Assembly (NCBI RefSeq): GCF_018350175.1
Contig: NC_058382.1
Coordinates: forward strand, 50,098,001-50,162,000
Reading direction: 5' to 3'
DNA from: Felis catus
Taxonomy: Eukaryota
DNA length: 64,000 nt
Positions 24,989 through 39,072 of this stretch are shown piece after piece. The notes under the pieces were generated by a model. The model made no database searches. It had not been told where the DNA came from and worked only from the letters and a program-made list of their open reading frames with translations. The first letter of the stretch is position 1; the number at the start of each line of letters is the position of its first letter. The position numbers were made by a program, and so were the translations under genes.

Positions 24989-26540
24989 TCTTGCCATTAG
25001 AAAACTCAGAGGAGAGAGAGAGAAATTAAATGGGCATGTTGTAGAAAATGAGACCATATATTTACAAAAATGTTAATACTTTCCTGTTCCTAATTCTGTA
25101 CCAACATTATTTTTTTGATGGTTTGGTGAAAATGGTGGTGGGGTTTCCTAGGTTTTACAGACATGCATCTTGTTCTCCAAGAAAATTCTCTGTATGCTGT
25201 TATTTGAGGGGAAGACCTATCCGTGGATATCTTCTTTGTCACTTAAAGGGATGTACAGTTGGTTTTTGTAGAGTTTCATTTGATTCACTTACTTGAACTT
25301 TGTTGCCATAGCTATTCTCAGGAATTGTGTAATCAATAGGCAAATATTCCTAACCTTTCGACAGTTTAATAACCTATGACTTGGTGCTATTATTAGCGTA
25401 TATCTTTTTCAGAGGCCAATTATCCCAGCAGGTGATTAGGTTTTATCTCAGGCATCCCAGGTGGGGATTTTCCCAGCCTGTTTTGTAGCAATCCCCCAGG
25501 TACCTCACAATCACATCTCCTCTCTCTGGTGCTCCTATAAACTGACTGCCAGGTGCAGTTTACTCTTCCAAAGAAGGATTAGCTTATTTGCATCCATATG
25601 TGCTTTGTCATGTAGAAGGATTGGCAGGGAAAGTTGCTGGTGGTGCAGTTCCTGCCCCCAGGTGAAGCCAAACCTCTCACTGTGAAGTCCAGTGGGCATA
25701 TTTTGAGGAGGCTGCCTGCCAAAGAGAAGCCTCTGCTGTTGTATTGTTCCCAGCAAAAAGCAAATCTTTTCTGTTAGAGCCTCAGAATTTCTAGAGTTAA
25801 GACCGTTGAAGAAAGTGCTGGTTCTTGGAAGAAATACGTCAATATGTGTGTTTCATAGAAGACTAGGACAATAGAGCTAGATATATTCTAGTGACATTTG
25901 GGGAAAAATGTTTTTGCGATTATTGTTATTGTCATTGTATTAATTTCATCTCCTTCAGTCAATCCTTTTGTTAGAGCTTTTCTGACTCTTGAGAACCCCT
26001 TTCACTGGACCCATGTGGCAGTAGGTTCTCATGACATCTTAGAACCACACATCTACCACCATGAGCTAGCTGGGAAAAATTCCACAATATCTGGCCGGAG
26101 GGGAGAGATTTGAGAAAGCAGATGCTGTCTCAAAACAGTGTATAGTTACCTTACATTGATTACCAAAACTGTTCCTATTGACCACTCTCTAACATTACTT
26201 ATTGACTATGGTGAAAAAATCAGTTACTGTGGCAGAAGGAGTTCAGATATAAGATGGTATCTAGTTTGATTTCTTCAAATTCTTCTAATTCCTGAATGTG
26301 GAACCAAGGGCAAGTCCTGCAGGATCTCGAAGCTTTGGTGTTTTTAACTATGAATTGGAGATGTATTAATGATTTATGGAGTCATTGTTAACATTCAATA
26401 AAGTGCACTGCCCAGTGGTCAAATGAGTGCTGGTGAATCAACTGATCATATGATAAATAATGTCAGATTGTGGCAGAGGGTGAAGGGTAGTTGAAATGAC
26501 TCAGTAGAAATATTTTCTTCTGACTCAGTAGGAACGTTAA

Positions 26541-26766
26541 TTTTTTTTTTTAATTTTTTTTTCAACGTTTATTTATTTTTGGGACAGAGAGAGACAGAGC
26601 ATGAATGGGGGAGGGGCAGAGAGAGAGGGAGACACAGAAATCGGAAACAGGCTCCAGGCTCTGAGCCATCAGCCCAGAGCCTGACGCGGGGCTCGAACTC
26701 ACGGACCGCGAGATCGTGACCTGGCTGAAGTCAGACGCTTAACCGACTGCGCCACCCAGGCGCCCC
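26541..26766 (-). mobile_element. Very young feline SINE (SINEC_Fc-type)
   Basis: CpG-rich near-consensus body (gagccatcagcccagagcctgacgcggggctcgaactcacggaccgcgagatcgtgacctggctgaag); TSD GGAAC(G/A)TTAATTT. Confidence 0.97.
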
Positions 26767-27961
26767 TGGAACATTAATTTTGAATTAAACCCTTTGTTTG
26801 GACTAAATAAAATTTCTCTTTTTAAACATCAAAATAATCAATCTGAGAATAATTTGTATTCCTTATTGGATTAGTCAGGAGTTGGTCAGGAGAAAGGAAA
26901 TTAGGTATTTCAAACTAGAAGGGAATGAATACAGGGGGTTAGAGGCTTTCAAAGTCAGTGGAAGGGCTAAGGGAGAGACTGTACTAAGGTCAGGAATTTC
27001 AAGATAACTGCTAATGAATCCATTTGCCCACATCCCTGAACTTGGTGATACGTAGGAGGACATTTTGAAAGGGTCGGCAAATTGTCATATCTGCCATTTG
27101 CTGAAACCCTCACTTTGCCCACCATTGGCTTCATGGGAATTGTTGGCTGTTTATTTTTCACTTTTCAGATTTTTGTGGAGTGTCCCTCATGTTGGTTCAA
27201 AGGACTGTAAGGTTGATAAATATTCTTTGATATTGTATTCATATTGTATATGAGGATTGATATTTGAAAATAACTTTGTAAACTTTAACATGCTGTATTA
27301 CGGGTTTTTCCCTAAAAGACAGCCTTTGTTCTGAGACTTAGTCTTTAGAAGAATTTAACCGGGAAATAGTAAACTGGTTGAATTTGTATCCACCTTTATT
27401 TTTTTTATTTTGAATTACATACCTTCCAAATTACTGCTTTGTGGCCGACGATGATCTGCCGTCCAAAGCTTTGCTCTGGATGGGGTTGATGAGGAAACAC
27501 AACGTGCGCACAAGGCCAAGCTGCTGGTCTCTTCTGAAGGGTGGATTCTCTGGATCTATAGCTCCTGGGCTCTACTTGAACAGAAAAATTGCTAGGTAAT
27601 CAGCTTTGAGCCAATAACTCAAATCCAGTAGGCATGTGAACTGCTTTGCAATCTATGTTGATAGTTTGAGTAATTGACAATATGGTATCTATAATAGAGT
27701 GAGAACAATCCATAAAAAAAATTCTACCATTTCAGGTCATTTTTCCTTTCAGGGAGTGCTCTCTGTAAATACGGAGTTAGGAAGGCAAGGCATGGAATGG
27801 AAAGGCTTTACAGCCTTTGATGAAAGGCTTTACAGCTTTGATGAAAAAGGCTTTCTGATGTAACTTGTGCTAAGCTTTGGGGGTTACAAAGATGAATGCT
27901 TTGAGGATTGGTGCCCTTTATGAAAAATTCTGTATGCATGTTTAGACAAAGCTCCCTCCCC

Positions 27962-28180
27962 TTTTTTTTTAAAGTTTATTTTATTTTTGAGAGAGGGCGA
28001 GTGAGCATGTGTGCATGAGCATGGAGGGATAGGAGAGGGAGAAGGAAAGAGAATCTCAAACAGGCTCTGAGCTATCAGCACGGAGCCCGATGTGGGGCTC
28101 AATCTTAGGAACCATGAGATCATGACCTGAGCTGAATTCAAGAGTTGGCTGCTTAACCGTCTGAGCTATTCAGGTGCCCC
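27962..28180 (-). mobile_element. CAN-SINE
   Basis: Full reverse-complement body; AGCTCC(C/T)TCC flanking repeat. Confidence 0.93.
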
Positions 28181-29467
28181 AGAGCTCCTTCCTTTTTAAG
28201 CAGCCTAGCATGTTTATTGGTGCGTTCCAGTTGTGTACTTCTTTTCGGCCTTCTTCCTTAAATATAATGACCAGATAGAGACCCCATTGTGCCTACCTGA
28301 TCTTCTGAGGATCCTGTTTCTGTCTCCATTTCCTAATTACCTTTCTGTGACTGCTTGTCCATAACATACCAGTTATATCCTTGATTGCCAAAACACTAAA
28401 GGAAACAGGCCTTTGTCCTAGAGAAGCTACAGTCCCATATAATTGGGCTAGAAGTAGTGATTTTAAATGAATTTTGAACTAGAAAGATGTAGAACCCTTT
28501 TGGGTATTACTTTGTTTTAAGACCTCTTACCCATCTTTAAAGCTCTATTAATCAGTCCTTCTTTTCTGTCCTAGCCCTGACTGCTGACCCTGAGCTGGCA
28601 GTAGAAGTTAAGTCCTTCTATGAAAGTGATTTGTTGTTACTTCTGTATGGGTAAAGACCCAAAATCATGGATAAAGACAAATAGAAATCTGATGGCTCTC
28701 ACAAAGTAGAAATTAAAATTATTAAAATTATTAGTGCTGGATAATGTATTATATGTATCCTATAATGAGTAGAGGCAGCTGGAGCTCTGGAAAGGGTAGA
28801 TTTTTTTTCTTTGTGTGTGTGTGTTTGTATATAGTTATATGTATATTGCCCATAGACTTTCACATTGTTAAAGAAACGTTTGAGACAATACTATAGTTCT
28901 TACATACTGTACTTTCCTTTGAGAGTTTATTGGGCAGTTACCATATTTTTTAATGTAATCTGTATTTCTAATGTGACAGATTGAGATTTTGGGCTCATGA
29001 GAGCTCCCTAAGATGACATTTAGTAAGGGTGTCCACTTGCCTTCAATGTCTATGAAAGAAATGAACTGAAACATCAGGTAGTGGAGCAATTGTGATACCC
29101 ATAATGTGTTTGAGTACTTGCTGGTCAGAGTGGTGTTGAGGAAGAAATAAAGGGAAAAGAAACAAGCAGCTTTACTCTGTCCCTACTCTTCCTTGCAAAG
29201 CATTGTATTCTCATCTCCATCCAGTTGCCCTGCACTTGTGCACATGCTTGTTATCCTGCTAGATTATAATAACCTTTAAAAGAGACTTAGTTCATTCCCC
29301 CATCCCCCCACCTCAAAGCACCTAGTGGTGCTCCTTGAACACCTTTCAATAACTCAGGAGCAGGAGGTAGACTTAATTATTCACAGTACTTAAGCTAAAT
29401 GATGTGTATGCTTTGTAAACCACCATGGTTAGTGGAAAAATTCAGGTAATTAGGTTATCATGATACT

Positions 29468-29921
29468 CTCAGTGGGTTGAATGGTGGCCTGCAAAAAGAT
29501 AAGTCCAAATGCTAATAACCAGAATGGTTGTGGATGTGACCTTATTGGGAAAAAGTCTTTGGAGCTCTAAGTAAGGTAAGTATCATAAGATAAAGACATC
29601 AGTCTGGATTACCCAGGTGCACCCTAAATGCAGTAAGTTTCTTTTAAGAGAAACCTAGGGAGATTCAAAGAGAAAAGAGAGGGATGCAGCATGACCATGG
29701 AGACAGGGATATCTCCAGCCAAGGAACAACATTGTGGGCAGCCATAAGAAGCTAGGAGAGACAGACAGAATAGATTATCAGTCTAGAGCCTCTGAGGCAT
29801 TGAGGTCCTGCTGGCATCTTGATTTTGGACTGTTGGGCTCCAAGACTGTAAGAGAACAGCTTTGTGTTAAATGACCCAAGTTTGGAGTAATTTTTTGCCA
29901 CTGCCCTAGGAAGCTAACACA
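29468..29921 (+). mobile_element. MaLR solo LTR (MLT1C/D-like)
   Basis: agtgggttgaatggtggcc…gtgaccttattgggaaaaagtcttt…ctggattacccaggt…ttgattttggact…ctaggaagctaacaca. Confidence 0.85.
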
Positions 29922-32359
29922 CCTTAGTTGTGGACAAGTCCCCCCAGAGACTACCCTCCCTGTATTACGAACACCTGAGAGGCTAAGTGGGTCTGTGGGC
30001 TTCCTGATGTTCCTTTCTTAAATGCTTTACAACCCCATGCTGGAGGGCTTCTCCTCAGCAGAGATTCTGGGGACAGGGGAAACCTGTCCTCACCGAAATT
30101 GAGGCTATAGCTGCTGCACTGTCCAGAGAAGAGCTGAGCCCCAGAGTTGAGGGTTGGGGAGGGTAGGTGCTGCTATGACAACTTCTTGCTTTTTGAATCC
30201 TCTGCTAGAACCCTGCATTTATTGTTGTTTGGAATTTAATCCCTGTAGGGAGACAAGGTACTTCTAGACAACAGAGACTGTTTGAAGATAACAGCTGAAC
30301 ACACTGATGACAGTGCAGTAGGGAAGGAAATCATAGGGAAGAGAGTATTTGTATGTAGACAGATACTTGTTGGAGGAAGTAAGTCCTTAGCTGGACTGTG
30401 ATAAAAAAGAGGTTTGAATAAGTGGCAAGTGGAAAGGAATACATTTTAGGTGGCAGCACAGAAGAACAAATGAATGAAAGGGATGGAAACTAGTGTCTGC
30501 TTGAAGGGGAGATCAGGAGAACTATATTGAATGCTAACTGAACTAGAGTGTTCAGTTGCCATCAGAGGAATTTGGGTTTATTAATCTTGGGGTGCACTGA
30601 GGTTTGGTGAACAAGGTAGTAGGGCTATAAGCCTCTTTTAAGTGTTATCACCAGTGAGGTGGGTGACATTGTGGGTCCACTACCACATCTAAGTTTCCTC
30701 ATTCAGCAAATATTCACTGATGCCTCTAGGCAAGGGGAAGTGCCCTCCTTCTTTCCATGTGTATCCCATGCATAACTCCATCACTGCTGTGGAGTATCGC
30801 TCTATGTGGTTTGGATTCTTCCTGACTTTGAAAGGCCCCCAAGGGAAGTGTATTCAAGCACCTAGCATTGGGTCTGGCCATAAAACTGTTGTATAGCCAT
30901 GAGCTGTACAAAAGAGTTTTAAGATACTTTTTGTGCTTGGTCAAAGCATGACCGTGGTGCCTAACTAAGGAAAACATTCTTTTCCCTTTTCAGTCTCTGC
31001 ATATGGCCCTCCTAAGTGGAAAGCATGTCTTCATTGAATCAACCTCAGGTTCATAGGAAATGTGTGGCAAAACTACTTTGTTCTAAGTGTGTAATGTGCT
31101 AGGGTGAGGGAAGAAAGGAGCTGGGACCGAAGGTTTACAGGAGGGGTTGGTGGGAAACGTGCCAATTACTCTGCTCTCTGAGACAAATGGATGGGAGACA
31201 CAAAGAGATGTGTAGGAGTGGGGTTGGAGAGGACAGAAGAGCATAACCTAACAGCCTGTGTGCTGTCTTTGCTGTGTGAGCTGCTGGATGACTGGAGAAG
31301 GCATTTGTTGTGACGGATGCACAAAACATCGTTCTTGCCTTTAAGGCAGTGGATGAGAGACAGGAGACAGATCTGTGCGTAAAGTTGTACTTCCTGGCTT
31401 TTGTGTATCTGAGCAGTTTGCAGATAACAGCTGCACTGCTTGGGTGGTAACTTTCCCCTCCTACCATGGCTGCCTCTTCATACTGATTAGTAACATAGAT
31501 GCATTGCCTAAAACAGGTTCCTAAATACCTGAATGTATTCAGTCCTTGTGAAAAAATGGAGAATAGTTGAAAACTGATAAAAATTTGATGTCCCCGATTC
31601 TACATTTCAACTCTGCCACTGTCCATTCTGAGTGTTGATATGTGAGCCTCTTTACCTTCTTAGTTTGGGAACTGTCAGGCATATAAATGGTGGTTTTCGA
31701 TCTGGGCTTAACCCATTTCCATACAGAGTGATTTGTTGGAACATACGATAATTTGTGTCTTCTGAAAAATTATTTCCTAATAATAGTCCTCTACCCTCTT
31801 CTCATGGGAGGCATTCCAGGATCAATTCTCAATATGATGAAATGACCGTATACTTTGCTACCCATCACCATTGTCTTATCCTGGAACTTGTCTTAGAAGA
31901 CATTTAGTTTAGTGTGTTTGCCTTTTAAAGGATAAGTGGATTTTCTTTATATACCTCACTGGATGATATGTGAAACATGGTTCAACAAAGTAAAATATTA
32001 ATACAGTTAGAAACTAATATTTTGAATTTCATAAAATGGTTTCATTCAAAGGGAAAGCCAGTTAAGAGAGTTAAGAGAGTTGAGGAAGTGATGTCATAAT
32101 ATATTAAACTCTCCTGAAGTATAGGCATAGATAGTGCAACATGTATGTCTCTCAGTGTTTGCTATTTACATGAAGTATGTAGTAAAATTATCTACTAAAA
32201 TGTATTTTCACTTTGTGTTGGAAAATCAAATATTTTATCCCCTAATATCATCAGTAAACCTTCCTACAAGGTTTTTAAAGAAAGAAAGAAAAGTAAATCT
32301 TGATATATCCACCAGAATATCCTAAATGAAAAATACTAACAGTATGTAGCATGGTTGAG

Positions 32360-33160
32360 GATAGAGAACAACTGGGATCCTTTTTTTTTTTTTTAAAGTT
32401 GCTTTATTAATTTCTACACCCAACGTGGGGCTCAAACTGACAACCCTGAGGCCAAGAGTCACATGCTTTTTCAACTGAGCTAGCCAAGTGCCTCACAACT
32501 GGTTCTTATGCACTGTGGATGGTAGTGTAAATTGGTACAGCCACTTGGAAAGACTGTTTCGTACTATCAGCCAAGCTAGGTATATGTGCACCCCTTAACC
32601 TAGTAATTTCATTGTTAGGTATAGAAACAGCTGAAAGGCCTATGCATATTCACCAAAAGACACCTACGAGAGTGCTTGTAGCAGGACTATTTGTAATATT
32701 CTCAAGCAGGAGACCACTCAAATATCAATCAAGAGTTGAATAAACAAGTATCTGTAAGGTATCCTACAATAACAAGAATGAATGAAGTATTGCTATAGGT
32801 GACAATAGGAATAAATCTAACAAAATAGTGAAAGAAGCCAGGTGATAATATACCTTAAATAAAAAAAAAAGGCAGATTAATACGTGATTGAAGAATTCAG
32901 CAAAGTGTTTAACTTTGGGGGGCAACTCAGAGGGGCACACAGGGCCTAGGAGAGGGGGCTTTCTGAAATGCTGGGTCGTGTTCTTGATCTGAGTGATGGT
33001 TCCATGGAGTTCCTTTGTGAAAATCCATCAACAACTCACCCTTTGGTTTTTTAAATTTTTGTATTTTTTCTTGTTTCATTTTTATTTTTTTGTCAGTCCA
33101 CCAATATACTTTTATTGACATTTATGTCTATATTATACTTCATAGGACATTTATAAAAAT
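32360..33160 (+). mobile_element. Old L1 3' fragment (L1ME-like)
   Basis: gtggatggtagtgtaaattggtacagccacttggaa…ttcaccaaaagacac…gggggctttctgaaatgctgg…tcttgatctgagtgatgg. Confidence 0.75.
32381..32494 (-). mobile_element. Short tRNA-Lys-derived CAN-SINE nested in the L1
   Basis: tctacacccaacgtggggctcaaact…caagagtcacatgct…ctgagctagccaagtgcc; ACAACTGG on both sides. Confidence 0.9.
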
Positions 33161-33296
33161 GAACATGAACCTAATGCTATGCCTATTTTGGGGTTATTGC
33201 TCTCAAAATAATTCAACAAAATAGTTCTGGTAATTGGATGAAAAAACATTTGAAAGAAATTAAAGGGTAAAAATTTTTTTAATTAAATGGCCACTT

Positions 33297-33507
33297 AATT
33301 ATTTAATGTTTATTTTTGAGAGAGAGAGAGAGACTGAGAGACTGAGAGTAGGGAAGGAGCAGAGAGAGGGAAACACAGAATCCGAAGCAAGCTCCAGGCT
33401 CTGAGCTGTCAGCACAGAGCCTGATGTGGGGCTCAAACTCAAGAACAGTGAGATCATGACCTGAGCCGAAGTAAGAGGCCCAACTGACTGAGCCACCCAG
33501 GTGCCCC
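33297..33507 (-). mobile_element. CAN-SINE
   Basis: Full reverse-complement body. Confidence 0.95.
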
Positions 33508-34622
33508 AGTAAATTACTATTTAATCAGAGCTTAAGAATATTAAGAATTAAGAACAGTCTTAGATTAGGAAAGAGATCTTTTTGTGCTAAAAGCCTGTAA
33601 AGTGTTAATGACTGAAAAAAACCCCAAAGTGTTTAAGAATAAGTTAAAACAACATGGTTTGACAGATTTGAGAGAGATGAGAACACATTTTCATTAAAAA
33701 CAACTGGTAATTTTAAGATAGTAGATATGCATACCTAGTTTGTAATGGCAAGTTGATTTATAGTATGTATAATACTTATCGGTGGAATAAATATTTGCTA
33801 TGCAAAATAAAGCACATCATATGGAAGTGAATGAGGTATCTACTTTGTTTTAAAGTAATCCTAAGAAATTTGAGGAAAAGATAATTAGCAGTTAGACTTG
33901 AAGATGTGGGAACAATATGACAAAGCCAAAATAAGGAAGCAATAAAATAAACAACAGTAGAACATTTTCGTAAAATAATTACCTGCATGTATTGCTTTCT
34001 GGGGAGGCAGAGAACAAAACAAAATCAAACACCTTCACTTGAATATATATTCAGGTCTTAAACCTTGAAAATTGGGGTGAAAGGTCCTAAACACTTATAA
34101 AAGGTGGCTTAAGGAATGTTACCAAAGACCAAGAATTTGGTGAAACAATTATGTGGAAATTAAAAAAACAAAAAACAAAAAACCAGACACCTTGAGAATT
34201 CTCTTTAGACTTTTCAGAAATACACATTGGTAAGTGAAGTATCTCTGCAATAACAGAGAAGATATTTAAAGGGCCATAACTGTTAGAATGTAAATGTGGT
34301 GAGTATCAAAAATAATGCAGATTTCCTGGGTGTAGGATTACCTAAAGTACCCCAAGGTCCCCTCTGTCTACCTGTGATAAGGCGTTTAGATAAAAAAATC
34401 AAGGCTTTTGCTTAGTATCTTCAAAAAATGAAATGACCAAATTATTCTTGGACATTTGACACATCGAATCGGAATATTCCTACTAACTAAGGTGGGTATG
34501 AATGGATGTTAAAGTGTACAGGTGCAGGATAGTCCTGGCCCTCATGTTCAGAATCTGCACCTATAACATAGTTTAGGAGAACACTACTTTTACCATATTT
34601 TATTTATGTTACTTAATTATTT

Positions 34623-34737
34623 GAAGAAGGAAGAGGAGGAGGAAGAAGGGGAGGAGAAGTAAGAGGAGGTAGAGGAGAATGAGAAGGGGAAGGTGAAAGA
34701 GAGGAGAGGAAAGGAAATGAGAAAAAGGAAATAGAAT
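34623..34737. repeat. Purine-rich (GAG/GAA) low-complexity tract
   Basis: Almost exclusively A/G on + strand. Confidence 0.85.
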
Positions 34738-35629
34738 AAACTTAAGGTTTTAGTTTCCGTATCTGGCTGCAGAAAATTCCTGGGCTTGACATCTAACCTG
34801 CTGAATTAATAAAAATCTCTTTGGTGATTCTGATGATCAGCAGAGCTGGGGATAACTGGGTTAGAGAATACTGAGATTGTCAGTGTTCTGACCCTCCTGG
34901 GTTCTACTCTGTAAGGTTTTATGAAGTGTTAATGAGATTGCATACTAGTATCCTCACCATTACTTTCAGTGCCTCACTCCACGAGAATGAAGTATGTGGA
35001 AATCTCTGACCCTATGGTCAGGCCATTTGGGGGAGTATTTTGGAACAGAGAGGGCTTCCTGGACTCCTTAAATTATAACAAATTTAGGGCAAGAAATGGG
35101 TCTTTTCTAACTCTACCTCTGGTGCCTAATGTAGAATGATAGTAAATGTACTGAATTTGATGCATTATGCAGATTTTGTGGGTGCTGCCCAAGACTGAAT
35201 TCTAGCAGAGACGCTGATTTGTTAGAAGTTATCATTGCTGATAAGAACAAGAAGCCCATGATGCAGGAATTAGATTTAGAATAAATCTATCTACACTATA
35301 AGAGCATTGGTTGAATTTGAACCCAGGGAATCACTATTTCTTTTATGCCCTCACTGGAACATATAAAACCCAGCCCTGTTTTGGGTGGGGTAGTGGTTTC
35401 ACAAGGGATGAAAAGTAGAAATGTCAGATGTAGGAAAACAGGAAAATGCAATTACTTTAATAGCATTTCTGGTATTGATTCTGGATGGGTAGCAAGCAGT
35501 GGTTAATAACCCAAAATACAGGAGAAGTTTAAACATAACTTTCATTTGAATCAAGTGGGAGATTTCTATATGCTCAGATACTGTAGTTTAAAACAAAACC
35601 TTTTTCTTTTCAACTTTCTCAAAATAAAG

Positions 35630-35808
35630 AAACATTAAAAAAATAGAGTGTGTGTGCACGGACATGTGCTCACAAGCAGGGGAGGGGGAGAGAGAGAATC
35701 CCAAGCAGGCAGCATGCTGTCCATGCAGAGCCCCATCCCATGAACGGTGAGATCATGACCTGAGCAGAAACCAAGAGTGGATGTTTGACTGATTGAGCCA
35801 CCTAGGCA
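35630..35808 (-). mobile_element. Degraded CAN-SINE
   Basis: gagaatcccaagcaggc…gagatcatgacctgagcagaaaccaagag…gagccacctaggca. Confidence 0.85.
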
Positions 35809-37199
35809 TTTCTGTTCAGCTTTAATTAAAATAAAATTAATTCATCCAAGAGAAGATTCTCAAGTAATCACAAAGTAAATTTCATGAGGAAACATGGTCA
35901 TCTTGAAATAACTCGTATTTATCTTTTCAAAAAAGTTACATTTTATAGCCCAGATCTACCATGAATTCTGATAGGATTCAAGTGTTTCAATATGATTAAG
36001 TGAAAGGATTTTTAATGCTGTGACTAGTTTTTAATTGGGACCTTATTAAATGTAAGGTAATATAATTCCCTGTAATATAAACAGGGAATAATTTCAGCTT
36101 AAAAGTGTTTTAATTTCCATAAATGTGTAACAGAAGGATTCCTAGAAAATTTTGCATTTAACAAAAGTAATTTTGGGACCCCATACCTTTGTGCAAAATA
36201 TGATATGTACTAGCCTTGTACAGTATTGTTTGTAACTTGCAGCATATGGCAAGATAACTGATTTAGAGTCCGATAGCATTACATTTTAGATAAGGCAGCC
36301 AACTGTATAAACACATTGTTTCTGTAAATTTCACACTGCCTTGTTATTCTGGCACCTGCTGTTCAAGGAGAGGAAAGTGAAGGAAATAAAACTCAGCACA
36401 AAATAGAGTGGGCGCTTGAAGTGGCCACTGCTGTGAGGTACAAAGAGGAGACACAAAATGGAAAGGCAAGGTATGTTTCTTACTGGTAGGGGAAGAGCTA
36501 ATATTCAGTAGAATATTATTTTGTTTAATTGAGAAAAAAATGAATAAGGTGAAGTGAAATTTGAGAGGAAAAACAAGATTTTAATTTAATTTAATTTAAT
36601 TTTATTTTTTTTACAAGATTTTAATTTTAGATCACAGACTTTTAGAGCTGGAATGGATTTATGGAATCCCAATCTAGTCATTTTACAATTAAAGAGAGGC
36701 TCAGAGAGGTTGGTACATGAAATACACATGATCCACATGATTTTAGGATTCTGTCTAAAGTATCATTTCTTTATTAATTTATTTTTGTAATTTTTCATTC
36801 TTGGAATAATGAAAGAATTGCGTTCACAGATGTTTGAGTGTTTTTGGAAGAGTGACTGGCCGGAGATCAGAGCTCTCCTTTCAGGAACAAGAGGGCTCTT
36901 TTTGGGTGCTGAGCCTCCAAGCCTTAGCCCTTTGGGGAGAGGCCTCTGTCCTGTGGCCAAACCCTGGTAGCAGAGGATGAGGGGAATTACTGGGCTTCTC
37001 AGACTTCACTATCTGATTCCTTAATCACCTTACAGACATAGAATCTAAGGGCCATGCTGGGACGCTAGAGATTCTTGTAATATAGACTGGTAGGGGAAAT
37101 TCTTCTAAAAATGTTAAGAGTCAGGGAGAGCAGAGTTTGACTGAGTGTCCCGTATCCACCTATGGAACTGGAGTGCCTGGAGTATTCTCCTGTGTGACC

Positions 37200-37360
37200 A
37201 GGTCACTGAAAAGAACATAGACTTGGAATCAGAACATCCTGGGATTGAATTTTGACTCCGTAAAGGGACATTCCTTGTGACCATGTATAAGTACCAAACT
37301 CTCTGGATCTCTGTTTATTGTGAGGGGAAAAAAGACAGATGGCATACAAAATACCTAGTA
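37200..37360 (+). mobile_element. MIR fragment
   Basis: gaaaagaacatagacttggaatcagaacatcctgggattgaattttgactc…tgtgacc. Confidence 0.6.
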
Positions 37361-37674
37361 ATGGCCTTCTCTGCCAAACACAGAAGAGTCCAACAGTAAA
37401 TTTGTATGAGTTTCCTTCAAATTCCTGAAGATTTCTTTGACGGTGTGCAGAATCTGATAGCATTAATTTCTTTTTGTTGTTACCTAATTTGCAAACTTGG
37501 AGCTAAGAACATTCAAAATCATCTTGGATCACCATATATTGAGACGATGAGCAATTTCCTTAAAAGCAGAGAACATTAATTATTAGTCACTATGTAAATA
37601 AGTTTTCAGTGTTGACTCCACTGATTTTCACATCCTTTTATCTGAACACCAATTCTGGCTTGAATGATGTTTTT

Positions 37675-39072
37675 TTTTTTTTTCAATATATGAAATTTAT
37701 TGTCAAATTGGTTTCCATACAACACCCAGTGCTCATCCCAAAAGGTGCCCTCCTCAATACCCATCACCCACCCTCCCCTCCCTCCCACCCCCCATCAGCC
37801 CTCAGTTTGTTCTCAGTTTTTAAGAGTCTCTTATGCTTTGGCTCTCTCCCACTCTAACCTCTTTTTTTTTTTTTTTCCTTCCCCTCCCCCATGGGTTTCT
37901 GTTAAGTTTCTCAGGATCCACCTAAGAGTGAAAACATATGGTATCTGTCTTTCTCTGTATGGCTTATTTCACTTAGCATCACACTCTCCAGTTCCATCCA
38001 CGTTGCTACAAAGGGCCATATTTCGTTCTTTCTCGTTGCCATGTAGTACTCCGTTGTGTATATAAACCACAGTTTCTTTATCCATTCATCAGTTGATGGA
38101 CATTTAGGCTCTTTCCATAATTTGGCTATTGTTGAGAGTGCTGCTATAAACATTGGGGTCCAAGTGCCCCTATGCATCAGTACTCCTGTATCCCTTGGGT
38201 AAATTCCTAGCTAGTGCTACTGCTGGGTCATAGGGTAGGTCTATTTTTAATTTTCTGAGCAACCTCCACACTGTTTTGCAGAGCGGCTGCACCAATTTGC
38301 ATCCCCACCAACAGTGCAAGAGGGTTCCCGTTTCTCCACATCCTCTCCAGCATCTATAGTCTCCTGATTTGTTCATTTTGGCCACTCTGACTGGCGTGAG
38401 GTGATACCTGAGTGTGGTTTTGATTTGTATTTCCCTAATGAGGAGCGACGTTGAGCATCTTTTCATGTGCCTGTTGGCCATCCGGATGTCTTCTATAGAG
38501 AAGTGTCTATTCATGTTTTCTGCCCATTTCTTCACTGGGTTATTTGTTTTTCGGGTGTGGAGTTTGGTGAGCTCTTTATAGATTTTGGATACTAGCCCTT
38601 TGTCTGATATGTCATTTGCAAATATCTTTTCCCATTCCGTGGGTTGCCTTTTAGTTTTGTTGGTTGTTTCCTTTGCTGTGCAGAAGCTTTTTATCTTCAT
38701 AAGGTCCCAGTAATTCATTTTTGCTTTTAATTCCCTTGCCTTTGGGGATGTGTCGAGTAAGAAATTGCTATGGCTGAGGTCAGAGAGGTCTTTTCCTGCT
38801 TTCTCCTCTAGGGTTTTGATGGTTTCCTGTCTCACATTCAGGTCCTTTATCCATTTTGAGTTTATTTTTGTGAATGGTGTGAGAAAGTGGTCTAGCTTCA
38901 ACCTTCTGCATGTTGCTGTCAAGTTAGGCCAGCACCATTTGTTAAAGAGACTGTCTTTTTTCCATTGGATGTTCTTTCCTGCTTTGTCAAAGATGAGTTG
39001 GCCATACGTTTGTGGGTCTAGTTCTGGGGTTTCTATTCTATTCCATTGGTCTATGTGTCTGTTTTTGTGCCA
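37675..39072 (-). mobile_element. Young 5'-truncated felid L1 (1.4 kb)
   Basis: ORF2 C-terminus ([14 protein letters not shown]…[16 protein letters not shown]), 3'UTR and poly-A; perfect TSD TTGAATGATGTTTTT at 37660-37674 and 39073-39087; TT/AAAA cut site. Confidence 0.98.
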
